From the NCBI GenBank assembly GCA_030390025.1, contig CM059433.1:7628001-7692000 (forward strand): DNA of 64,000 bases, read 5' to 3'. The notes under the pieces were generated by a model. It was not told where the DNA came from. It ran no database searches and was given only the letters and a program-made list of their open reading frames with translations. The stretch is from Squalus acanthias (Eukaryota). This document shows positions 39,901-51,556 of this stretch, piece by piece. The position numbers were made by a program, and so were the translations under genes. Every line of letters starts with the position of its first letter. Position 1 is the first letter of the stretch.

Positions 39901-40447
39901 ATACACAGCGGTGAGGTGAAAAAAATGTAGTTTTCTAGGTATCAATTTTAATCATCGAATCTGTTTACCCCAAAGATTTTACAGCAAATGAGAAAATGCT
40001 TACTATACACATTCACAGATAACATTCTGTAAATTTGTTGATACTTTTCATGATGCATTTTTCATCTATTAAAATATTTACAAAAGCTAATTTTAGCAAG
40101 CAAGTTATCCTGGCAATTCACATTTTTCCAAAACTATACCCCAACTCATCTACCAAAAGTCCTTGCCAATTGAAACCCTTGATACTAATATTTTCCTGAC
40201 TACTGTGCAAACCCACATTACTAATTCTTGGTAATGTACAATAAAAGTGGGTTGCAACTGTTTGTACATAATTTGTCAAGACATACAGACCGCATGCCTT
40301 CTCAAGACACCTTTGCTTTTCATTTGGCTCCTGAAGCAGGTTTTTGGACCAGTGGTCAGCAATAGAAAATCCAAGATGTGTCATAACGAGACACTGAAGG
40401 TCTTTAGTATGTTACACGATTGTCCCAGTGCTGCATAATTACATACA
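36945..40447 (-). promoter_or_regulatory. E2F6: Putative E2F6 3' UTR with proximal and distal poly(A) signals and two Pumilio elements
   Basis: Minus-strand AATAAA near 39564-39569 and near 36966-36971, each followed by a U/GU-rich tract. TGTACATA at 37213-37220 and TGTAAATA at 40075-40082. Confidence 0.5.
38738..39477 (-). mobile_element. ~740-bp MITE, copy 2 (inverted, in putative 3' UTR)
   Basis: TIRs GGCCCAAAAATT; 3-bp TSD CAT/CAT. Confidence 0.88.
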
Positions 40448-40467
40448 TCATTCTGTAAGTTTTTGCT
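40448..40467 (-). CDS. E2F6: Probable terminal coding segment of E2F6-like gene (EQKLTE*)
   Basis: Strong polypyrimidine acceptor tttttattttattttattccag, phase-compatible with the 48956 donor, TGA at 40448-40450, followed by AT-rich unique UTR-like sequence. Confidence 0.6.
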
Positions 40468-41081
40468 CTGGAATAAAATAAAATAAAAATTAAAACATAC
40501 AAAAAATACAAACACAAAGATTCAATGCAGATACCTGTACAATTTTATCCTGATGTGATTTAACAAGCTGGACTTTTTTTTTTTAAGGTCACCCCCCTCC
40601 CCCAATTTTCTAATCTTCTCTCCTCCTCTCCCAAAACCACAGACTGCACCAATAATCCTCCAGTACCTCATTCAAGTGACCATTCTTCATGGGTGAGCCT
40701 CAAGCGTCAGCTTTGCCCAGTTGGCAGAACTCTCACCACTGGGTCAGAAGGCTCGAGTTTCAAGCCCTGCAGCAAGATATGAGCACGCAATCTAGGCTGA
40801 GTGCATCACTGAGTGTAGGATAGTCTTCCGGAATGATGAGATCAAATCGGCCAAGGGGCATTATTCATCCAAACTCATCTTAAAAATAAACCTCAAGATC
40901 TTTTCAAAAATATAAAATAGGCAATGAGTAAAACAGGCTGCGGAATAGTCTGCTCAGGTTTCTCACTTATTGTGCACGATATGAATGTGATCTCAAAGAA
41001 CGCCGCCTGGAGAATTGGCAATGGCTCAAAAAATAAATAGACATCACCTGCCCATGTTGATTTCAAAACCCTCCTCGTGAT

Positions 41082-41332
41082 TAAGGTTGCCAACTCTGGT
41101 TGGACATATTCCTGGAGGTTTCATCACATGCTCTTCCATCTTCAACCGCCCCGCCCAGTCATTTTTCCCATCTCCGAAAGTTTTATAACTAATCAACAAG
41201 TTAAAAATAAAATGGAAAAAAAGCCAATTTTTTTTAATGCCCCTATGTTTTATCTCCTGGGCCGCTCGGAGAAGTGTCCAGGAGATTAATTTTTGGAGAC
41301 CCCAGGACAATCTTGGAGGGTTAGCAACCCTA
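41082..41332. mobile_element. hAT-type MITE (TAGGGTTGCCA-type TIR)
   Basis: TIRs taaggttgccaac / gttagcaacccta; 8-bp TSD ctcgtgat/ctggtgat. Confidence 0.85.
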
Positions 41333-41484
41333 CTGGTGATCAGCTTAGAACAGTATGCGGAGTTCAGAGACAGAAATATATCTGGAAAGGTCTGGTGGAA
41401 GAAAGCAACCTTTCTGTAAGTGTGTGGTGTAAACTCTATATCCACTGTCAACTCCTTGGAATAACCTCGCTCCCCATTGACTGA

Positions 41485-42714
41485 TTGCTTCTAACATCTC
41501 ATCCTCACCTGCCATATATAACAGCAGAATGGAAACGATTTATACTCTCTCACCCTGGTCCTCAGAATCTGACCACGATCAGCTACAGCAGCAGCAGAAG
41601 CAGACACACCAGCAGCACCAACAAGAGCGCCAACCTTCTCCTCAACCACCTGCTGCTGCACAGGTCAGAGGGCATCAGCGCAGGGCTGTACCGCGGCGCA
41701 GGATACCCCCAACACAGGGTTTACAGGCAGAGGATGAGCTTCCTCAACATGACTGATCAGCAGTGCCAAAGGAAGCCGAGACTATCGCGACAGGTAGTCG
41801 CAGATATTTGCACAATGCTCGATCAAGACCTGCAGCCCAGAGGAGCGGGTGGACAGTCCTTACCAGTGGCTGTCAAAGTCACCACCGCCCTCAACTTCTT
41901 TGTGTCAGGGTCCTTCCAGGGATCTGCAGCAGACATTAGCGGCATCTCCCAGTCGGCTGCCCACAAATGCATCACGCAGGTCACCGATGCCCTCTTTGAC
42001 AAGTCAGATGCCCTCTTTGACAAGTCTGTCAATTACATCCACTTTTCCACTGATGAAGCCAGTGTTACCGAGTGGGCGCTCGGCTTTGTCAATCTGGCTG
42101 GCTTCCAACGGGTGCAGGGCGTCATCAACTGCACATATGTGGCCATCAGGGCACCCCATCAGAACCCAGCAGTATTTGTCAACCACAAGGGCTTCCACTC
42201 CCTTAACGTGCATCTGGTGTGCAACCATAGGAAGAGCATCATGCAAGTGTGCGCCAAGTTTCCTGGCAGCTGCCATGACTCTTACATCCTGCGCCAGTCC
42301 ACTGTCCCTCAGCTCTTCGCACCGTCAAACGAACTTTCCGGCTGGCTCCTTGGAGACAGGGGCTATCCCCTGAAGACGTGGCTAATGACACCTTTGAGGA
42401 GGCCATCAAACGAGTCTGAGGAGCATTATAATCAAAGCCACATTTCCACCATAAGTCTCATAGAGCAAACAATAGGGTTGCTCAAAAAGTGCTTCAGATG
42501 CTTGGACAGATCTGACGGAGCCCTTCAGTATGCACCAGCCAGGGTCTCGAGAATCGTCGTTGTCTGCTGTGCCCTGCACAACATAGCACTGCATGAGGCA
42601 CAAAGCGCACAGCCTCTTCAGAGGAGGAGGAGCAGAATGAGGATCAGCACGAGGAACACCTGGAGGAGGCGGCTGTCTCAATGTGACCAGAACGCGAGCA
42701 CATTGCTGGCCTAA
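41485..42714 (+). pseudogene. PIF/Harbinger (HARBI1-like) DDE transposase, decayed
   Basis: Motifs GVINCTYV (expected GxIDCTH, so D to N), [35 protein letters not shown]. No ATG start. 21-bp in-frame duplication (DALFDKS x2). Confidence 0.9.
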
Positions 42715-42971
42715 TGATGGCGCAGTGATGGCCTAATCAATGCCAGATTCACCTAACTTTATGCAGCACAGATATGTGGCTGCCACATGCGCATGAAGGT
42801 TGGCATCATCCCACTTCAACACCATAGAGCATCTCTACAATGAACTGTGCATTCCTTGCACTGTCACCACCATTGCTGGACATAAAAGGCGCCCTTACCC
42901 TTCACTCTGCCACTTGCAATTGTGAGCACACATATGGCAACGAATGCAAACATTCAGAAAAAATCAATTTA

Positions 42972-44902
42972 TTACAACAAAATAAAAGAACAGAAACTTG
43001 TGACTATGTGGGATCTTTTACGTATGCTTCTACATGGTGCTACCCCTGTGGCTTCAGCAGATGTAGAGGCAGTCTGCTCACTTCCCTGCTGCGCCTGCTT
43101 TGACAGCTTGGCGGTCATCCTCTGGGTTTTGGAACCTGTGAGGGCCCCGCCAAAGTCTGCTCCTCCTGCGGCTGTGCAGGGGCAGACTCGGCCATCACTG
43201 TCCAGGGAGGCATCTGGGGCTCTGACCGAGGGGTTGGAAGTTTGATCGCTTGGAGAGGAGCCCCCACTTCCATGTCCCCTCCCACCATCATCCCTCTCAT
43301 GGGCCACCCGCACTTCTCTGCCAGCAAGTAGGTGGAGAGCACCTTGCTGCACATCAGTGGGGCCATGAGGACCCGTGTCTGTACTGACATTCCTCATTAA
43401 CGGGGACGTCCATGAACCTCTGGTTTCTCTCAATAGATGCCCATCTACTCTCCACAGATGACCATCTATTTAGAAGTGTTACCATGTTCTCCTGAGTCTG
43501 GCGATGTATGTTCTCCATGAAGGTGGCCATCCTTTCCATGGCGGAACCTACAGTTGTCAGTGCATGCACCAGAGCATTGCTCATATTTGAGATGGACTCC
43601 TCCATTCTCTACACACTCGCAGTCACCGTGGTTGAAAACCCCGTCAGAGCCTGCTGAACTTGTTCCTGAAGCTCCAGGATCGCCCTCTTCCTGGATGGCC
43701 CTTGAGGCTGAGTTTGCATGCAACTCAGCAGAGCTAGGAGACTCCTGCGGCCTCCGACGAGGAGTCTCCACTGTTGTCCCTGTCTATCTACTCTATCTGC
43801 TGCTACTCACTTGTGACTTTTGATACACCAGGTGACAACACTACTCTATCGCACATGGGACCCACCGAGGTGTGTATCTCTGCGCTGGTGCTGGGTGAGC
43901 TCATTTCTGCTGGCGCTGCTCCCTCAGAGGCTGGAGGATCCTCTGAGGAGTGCTCCTGCTCTTCCTCCTGGACAGTGGGGGGGGGGGGGGGGGCGGGGGG
44001 AGATAGAGACTCTTGATGGTCCTGTGAGAGTGTAATGACATGAGTTAAGACATGTGCTATGTAGATTGCAGACACATTCCATTATGCACATGATGAGCAT
44101 TCAATTTCTCTTGACATCAGACCCCATACGAGTCACTCATGAATGTCAACTAAGATGTATGGAAAATAATTCTGGCACCAGGTTGTTCTAATGAGCCCCT
44201 CTCTCCATCCCCCACTTCAGGCTGGTCAACGACTCCGGTTATATCCAGAGCTGCCTCCTCACCGTTGGTGAGCACAGCCTATGATGGCGGTCCTCCTCCT
44301 GTTCTCTCCCTCTCCCTCTTATTGTGGGCTCTCTTTTCCTGCAATGATGGAATGAGTGTAAAGAATGGATGGGATAGATGTTTAGAGGGAGACTATGATG
44401 GGGTGCCAATACCAAGTTGCCTCCTTCTGAGTTGTTAATTGTTGTCATTGCATAACGATGAGGGAAGAGTGTGAGGGGTGCATAGTAAGATGGGGATGTG
44501 ATTCTGTACATAGGGAGAGACGGATGGGTGATGGTGCAAGGGATGTTGGGGTGAGTAAGGATGTGCAGGAGTAGGGTTGGCAATGTAGAGTGATGGGAAT
44601 GTGATGACAGGCACAGCAGAATGAAGGTAAGTGTGCTTTTATACTCACTTTTCCTGAACGCAGAAGATCATTAAACCTCTTCCTACATTGCACCCAGGTG
44701 CGAACACACACCTTGCAGTGACCTCCTCAGCTATTTGCAGCCAGGCTGCCTTCGTGTGCTGAGGAGGTCTCCTCCTTCCATCTCCAGGGAATAGAAACTC
44801 CCTGCGTCCTCTGACTCCCTCCACAAGAACATGGAGGGAGTCATCATTGAAACGTGGTGCAGCCCTTTGTCTATCAGCAGTCACTGTTGCCTGAACCAGC
44901 AC
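42972..44902 (-). pseudogene. Harbinger Myb/SANT-like DNA-binding partner gene, spliced and decayed
   Basis: RAAPRFNDDSLHVLVEGV...AAWLQIAEEV / RTWVQCRKRFNDL (frameshifted). Donor GTGAGT at 44643-44648; next exon EKRAHNKRERERTGGGPP* from 44338. Convergent with the transposase. Confidence 0.82.
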
Positions 44903-45812
44903 TCAGGAGCATTAAATCAGAATTGAGAGCAAATAGGGACATGGCCCCCTTTAAATATACCAGCAACAAATGAGTCATCAGGTGAAGTCACCTGACCCAC
45001 ACCTTGTAATTGGGCCGGGTAACGCGCAGGGCGGGCTTAACAAGCCCAATTAACGTAAAATCCTTTTTGCAGAGTGGGTGGAGCCGGGAGCAGGACCCGC
45101 CAACAACCTCTCCCGCCACGATCCCGCCTCCAATGGCGAAATCGAGGCCTAAATAATCACATTCACTCCCTTTTCCATTTGAGAGCCTTAATAAAATATA
45201 TTTGCATTTAACCCAATAAATATTAATGGCACATACTCCAATTAAACCCTGCAATTACCTTATTTAGAAACTGGGAAATATCTAATCTTAAAAAAGGTAA
45301 TGAGCAGGGGGAACTTGGGATAAGTGAAAGAACCAGTGTTTCCTAGTTCAGTCTTGGAAATGGCAGGTAAAAGTGGAAAGCCAGCCACCATGCCAAGTTT
45401 AAAAAACAATTTTGGAAGAAAATAATTCTGAAGAGGAGATGTTTTAATGACACTGCCCTAAAAATATAATACATTAGAAGCTTAAAATAAAAAGCTTGAA
45501 ATAACTTGATCACAGAATTTTAAAGTGGAAACCAATTACTCGTTCCAAGGATGTCTAATTAATGTATCAAACAGGAGATCATGTTGCAAGCTCCAACAGG
45601 AAACAAAATAGGACAAGCATCAACAGGATTAAAAGTAATTAACTACCAGCATAACTGAAAACTAGTTCATTAATAACTATGAAAGACACATAGGACTCAG
45701 TATGTTTATTGACATCTAGTACAAAACTCTGAAAGGTGAGCAAATTTATGCAGGCCAATTTACTAGAAATTTATTCTAAAAATTACTTAATTCTGCTATA
45801 TTTGGTCGACAG

Positions 45813-48150
45813 CAGGGGTTCTCAACCTTTTTGCTTCTGAGGCCCCCCCTCCCGTGTTATAAAAATTCCACTGACACTCTAATACAACACAAGCATCTTT
45901 TCTGTATAAAAATTAGTTATACAATGAAACATGTATATTTATTTTTGTTTTACTTAATGTGAAACTTGTTGCTGGTGCTGAGCAACAATTCTGTCAAGAC
46001 GTGGAGGTATCTTCGATAAGCACACGCGCATGTCGTGGTCAATGTTCATGCTGGCTCGGTACTTCGTTCTCATGGAGGTCATTGCTGAAAATCCAGCTTC
46101 ACATAAGTCGGTTGTATTAAATGGGACCAACACTTTCAGTGCTGCAGAAGAAGCAGTGCTGTACTCCTCGAAGCATTCACACCAAAATATCTCCAGCGGC
46201 ATTTCACTGAACTTGGTTTTGAGGGAGTTGTCTGATGAAATGTCCACGAGCTCTTCCAATATCTTTGATGGGACAGAGGGTGGCAGTTTAGCTGCAATAT
46301 TCTCACTAAAAGGGTTTGTAGCCCACAGTCGTGCAGCAGACTGTTCTGTCGTGAGTTCCGGAAAGTAAGTATTAAATTTGTTGAGTAGACCAGAAAGATG
46401 TGCCACCAGCTGTGGTTTGATTGCATCAAAGTCAAGGCTCCTTTCTTGAATGAAAGAATGCAGGAGCTCAAACATGTCTGTAGTCCCCCCACAGGCAAGA
46501 ACTTTCCAAACTTGCAGTTTCCGTTTGAATGCGCCAATTCTTTCACGCTGGGCAAAATAATGAGTTCTTCCACCTTGCGTAGTTTTATTCAGCTTATTCA
46601 TTTCACTGAATATGTCGGCGAGGTAACCCAGTTTAGCCAGCCACACGTCATCTTTCAGCACCTCGGCAAGTTCCGGTTTCTCATCAGCTAAGAAAGTACA
46701 TACCTCTTCCTTGAGATGAAATATACGGGTAAACATTCTGCCTCGACATAGCCATCTTACTTCTGTATGCATGAGCAAGGAATTGTGCTCCACACCCACT
46801 TCCTCGCAAAGTGCAGCAAAACACCTGGAGTTTGTCGCTCTGGATTTAATAAAGTTAACGAGTGTTACCACTGTGTTGAGGACACCGTGAAGACTTGGTT
46901 CAATATCTTTTGCAGCAAGCGCCTCTTGGTGTAAAAAGCAATGTGTCCAAATAGCGCGAGGTGCAGCGGCTTTTATGCTTTGCACAACACAAGAATGCTT
47001 TCCGGTCAGTACTGCAGCCCCATCAGTGCACACCCCAATGCAATTTGTCCAGCTGATTTCTGCTGAAGTCATGAAATCATCTAACAATTTGAAAATATTG
47101 TCTGACTTTGTTGTCTTGAACTCTTTACAAAACAAAAAGTCTTCTTTTATTTCCTTATTCCACACATAACGAACATAGGCGAGTAAATGGGACATTTTAG
47201 AAATGTCTGTGGACTCATCAAGTTGGATAGCAAAGTCATTGTCACGCAGCCGATCAATGCACTGCAAAACTATGTCTTCTGACATCAATTCAATCCGTTG
47301 TTTGACAGTGTCATTTGACATCGGTATTTTTTCCAGTTCCTTGGCCTTCTGCTCTCCGAACATTTCCCTTACGATTTCAATGGCACACGGCATTATCAAC
47401 TCCTCAGCAATCGTATGCGATTTTTTTGCTTTAGCAATTTTCTGTGCCACCAAGTAGGATGAGACTACAAGCTTTTTATCAGTGGTAGTTGTGGATCTCA
47501 TTACTGCTTTAGTACCAAGCAGTTCCATAGCCTTCCGCTCAAAAAAGGAATGCTGCTCGTCCTTATATATTTCATGCTTGGTAATTAAATGTCTCTGTAA
47601 TTTGGAGGGTTTCAAAGATCCATTGGACAGTACTTGTGCACAAATGACACACTGCGGTTGATGTACATCTCCATTTCTAGTACAAATAAAACCAAAATTC
47701 AAGTAGCTGCCTTCGTATTTCCTTAACTTAGCAGGGTTAATGGTGGCTTTATGTTTTTTGCTCACACCTCCACCTCCTCGGTGTTCTTTAGCCCTTACGG
47801 TTGAACTTGATGATGGAAGTTCTGTATCATCGCACTGTGGGTTTTGTTGTTTTGAAGCTGATGGGGAATTAAAAATTTATCCATATCTGGTATTTACTGT
47901 GTGCGTTTACAAAGATTTTTTTCCTGTTCTTTGTAATTTATCTCGTTCCTGCTAAAATAGCTCTATTACACGTAAAGCGAGAATGTTATTACATAACCTG
48001 GGAACGAGTTAATTTCTGTGCTTTCAGCATGTAATAAACACGCATGAAAATTTACTTTTTTCTACAAATGCTCTGGTTATTTTTGGCAGAACCCTCGAAA
48101 CCTTCTCGCGGACCCCTAGGGGGCCGCAGACCCCCGGTTGAGAACCTCTG
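45813..48150 (-). mobile_element. hAT DNA transposon (Buster/SPIN/Charlie type), full length
   Basis: 15-bp TIRs CAGGGGTTCTCAACC / GGTTGAGAACCTCTG (1 mismatch), degenerate 8-bp TSD gtcgacag/gtctacgg, internal transposase ORF. Confidence 0.95.
45954..47884 (-). pseudogene. hAT transposase (ZBED5/GTF2IRD2-like), 603-codon open frame with an N-terminal frameshift
   Basis: BED finger (CVIC...RHLITKH), LDESTD, CTDGA, HCFLH, RW and CEAGFS motifs. The likely ATG (MDKFL, 47884) is out of frame with the long ORF. Confidence 0.88.
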
Positions 48151-48955
48151 GTCTACGGTACACACTGAACCAACACAGCAGCTCCTTTGATAGCAAAGTG
48201 ATTAAAGGCACTGCTCGATGTGAAGTAACTGTTCATTTAAGACATAGGTGGAAACTGATATGTCCCATTAACTAACCAATTCATTGTCCCATTCGTCTAA
48301 CTGAAATCGCAACTGGTAGAACCAAGCTGAAGGGTTAGAATGAGTCTTTAACTTATCTTTTTTATTTACAGCTGCTGGTTGATCTGCTGAGTATTTCCAT
48401 CATTCTCTGATTTTGAAAAATACAGCTAACCTGAAATGCTGGTAAGATTACCAAATCAAACAGAACAGTCAACTGAGAGACTCGGGCAACAACGGTTTAC
48501 GGTCTCTTTAGCCCATAGATGCAACAGAAAAATTCTCATCAATATTCCATAAAATCCAGAACACAGGCCTCACAAATCAACACAAGTGTTACCACAATCC
48601 ATGGTGGTCAGGGTTAAAATCTATGTTCCAGTACAGCCAATCTTTTGCACCATGAAAAGTCATAGGCATGAGTTGTGATACCTGCACTGTGTTGATTTTA
48701 ATGGCAATACTAGCTAGAAATACAATGGTAGATTTAGCTAATTCACACTCCCGACATGTGAATTAGTAAAATCTACCCTTATATTCCCATCTAATCTACT
48801 GTTTTCAACTTCGCCAAAATTCATAAAATTTACTCTGTAATTTCTAAATAAGTTTTCTACCACCACCAAAAACCTAGCAATCAAATTTTAATATGCAACA
48901 CCGTTAGTAAAATTCTGTTCATTCCATCTAATAAATCACACATAAGCAGCTTCAC

Positions 48956-49130
48956 CTTTATCAGGTGGTAATGCTACTGTGTCATCCGTAGCTGAAGAGA
49001 TCTCTTTATTCTCGCTGGTTGTGCCGTCTGTACCCTTTTTAAGAGGACAATGTTCTTCCTGGTTTTGCACCTCACAGACAAAGACATCAATTGGTCCTTC
49101 AGTACTTTTTATATGAACCTGGATAGTTTC
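48956..49130 (-). CDS. E2F6: E2F6-like coding exon (marked box C-terminal part)
   Basis: Acceptor ttttgtttgcatag; ETIQVHIKSTEGPIDVFVCEVQNQEEHCPLKKGTDG...LPPDK. Probable weak donor AAAG|GTGAAG. Confidence 0.88.
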
Positions 49131-49220
49131 CTATGCAAACAAAATAGCTTTTTTTAGAATTCTTAAAAAGGGAATAAAAAGGGAATAAAATGCAAATGCT
49201 ATAAAGAAATACAGAGATTG

Positions 49221-49916
49221 TGGGGTAGTTTCCGCTTTGGGCGCAATCGGGGATCTGGGCTCAAATTGCGCTGGTTTTCCGAAGTGAAGTTATGGTTCAA
49301 ATTGCTGCTCAAATGTATTTGCATAATCACAAACGTAAAATCTTGCATGAACCAGCGTAATGGAACGGAATTTTTTCTTCTTCCTTGCTTTAAAAAATAT
49401 TCCTCGAGGTATTTAAGAGCAGTAACCTGGTGTAGTTTTATTAATACAGCTGAAAATGGGTTTATCACAAAAAATAAGCATTTTTAAATAAGAGTGTCTA
49501 GTCCACCACCGGTGAGTAACCTAATTTTAAAATCACTGAAAATGACTCAAAAACTATACTGAACCATTTACTAGTTTCATTGGTGCACACTAGTCACTTT
49601 TAGTAAATTAAATATTTTTTAATCTTTAAAAACTTTTTAACCGTGCCTACTAGTGTCTTTGCGCCTAAAAAAAAAGCTTATTTTGAAAAGCCTTCTCAAA
49701 CAGTCGCAAACGGGGTCAATCAGCGGAAACTCGCCATGCTCATTATTTCGATCGGGGGTGGGGGGTGGCCAGTTTTGTGGGCAGGGCCAGCTTCAAGCGC
49801 AATGTCTTTTTAAAACAACGTTAAAGATAGTGGAAACTCGTGTTACGCTCGACGTAACTTGCACTTAAAATTCCTCAATCTTTTACGCTGATTTCAGGAA
49901 CAGAAAAATCTAGACC
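49221..49916. mobile_element. Probable MITE
   Basis: Degenerate TIR ggggtagtttcc / gaaaaatctagacc; CpG-richer ends, AT-rich core. Confidence 0.45.
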
Positions 49917-51441
49917 AGTATTTCAACCTGGTCCACTTAATCTTCAGTTGTCCTTCCAAAAAAAAGTGTGAAATTGTCATTTAAAAGAAAAAATGTCAAA
50001 GACAGCAACGAGTTTATGAAATATTCCCACAAAGTCTTATAACTAACTACAGATAAAACAAAAGTTGCATCAGGCACTTCTAGTTAAGCTTGCATTATCA
50101 TCTACCTGCTGTTCATTAATCCCTTGGAACTAAAAGATGTAGTCCACAAAGTCCTCCTCCATTACAGCGCTGGTTAAACTTAATGGTTGGTATGAAATAT
50201 TCTAGTGTTCCCATTGATGGGTAAATGGGTAAAAATTACACTGAGCCAAACACACCGAAAAGTTCCCCTGTTCAATCACAGGTATGAGCTTTGCGGTCTA
50301 GAGGATGACTGATGACATACGGTGGCGTGAAATAACAACTTCTGAAAAGGGCAGCACAAGGTGCCTCAGTGGTATACAACAGTTTCTTTTTGGTTCCAGA
50401 GCTTGTGTTCTAAACCAGCTCAACTGGATAGGATGAAAAGTCTTTCCTCTTGATATTAGTAATCCTGAGAGAAATGAAATCTGCAAAAGGTCCTTTTCGT
50501 CCATTCTAGTAGCTCCAACCAGTTTCAATAATGAACCATAAGTCTGCACTGTACATTCCTAGAGTCTAGTGTTGGCAGCTGAATGGAGGGAATGAAACTG
50601 GCAGACCTCTTGTGTTCAACTGATTCGCCCCTTCATGGAACTATTCGTTCCAGAGCACCAATTCCCCTCAAGTCAATGGAAACTCTCGCCAGGAACCCGC
50701 CAACTCTAAAAATTCTTCCCTGTTCATCCTGCGCAAGGTGCAAGAGCTCTTTTTCCTTCCCTCACCTACACAAACAATCTTGTCATGACCTCCAGGAAGC
50801 CACAGTGACGATGTTAATATTGAGATTCAAACTTGGGTTCTCCAATTGAAACCATGAAGATGCAGTTACTGGTCTCTAGAATCATTGCATTCCTATTTCT
50901 TTTGTAGGAGGCAATTTTTGTGTTCATTGAAACCATGAATCTTTGTACTGGAAAATGGAACATATTCTCATTTTGGACACCCAGTGTCAACACTGAACAT
51001 GGCCAAGGACCCATTAACATACCTGAACTCAATTTCATAAGAGTACCCAATATTACTCTTTAGAACCTCGGCATGAAATGATCAACGTACTGCGAATTTG
51101 TGTGGGCCCACAGGACAAAACTACCCACAGAGATGGAAACGTAACTGTTTGTGATGGATTTGAATGCAAAAAAATTACCATTTGAATTTTAACGATGGAT
51201 AAACACATATTTTTGCTACTCCCTGGGCCACACATCTCCATGCATTTGAAAGGGGAGGGTTAGCAGTCTGCTACCAAACCACTGCCAATGTTTCTCTTAG
51301 CCAGCTGACAGGATATGCAGGACAGAAGTCAGTAGAGATGCTCCATTTTAAGATGCTAATTCAACAATTAACTTACAACTATATTCAGACAGCTCCAGGC
51401 ACAGATATGCTAGAAACTGAAAAGGTTAACATGCAGCTTAC

Positions 51442-51556
51442 CTCTTTAGGAATAGATACTTCCAGTTTGGTTTCTTGGGGAGCTTTGATTGCAATTACAA
51501 TCTGTTCTTCGAAGGCTTGAAGGCTGTGTATGTCCTGATAAGTTACATATGCTAGT
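51442..51556 (-). CDS. E2F6: E2F6-like coding exon (marked box, 115 nt)
   Basis: LAYVTYQDIHSLQAFEEQIVIAIKAPQETKLEVSIPKE; donor GTAAGC. Missed by the ORF track. Confidence 0.93.

Larger units (their letters stand above)
41485..45149. mobile_element. PIF/Harbinger transposon, left end apparently lost
   Basis: Two convergent genes. Right terminus ...GGCGAAATCGAGGCC followed by TAA. No matching left TIR seen. Confidence 0.8.

Noticed and set aside
41485..42714. Host HARBI1 gene
   Set aside because: Catalytic Asp lost, no ATG, paired with a decayed Myb gene and a TIR inside an intron.
45954..47765. Domesticated ZBED5/GTF2IRD2 gene
   Set aside because: Still flanked by TIRs and a TSD, and the start codon is out of frame.
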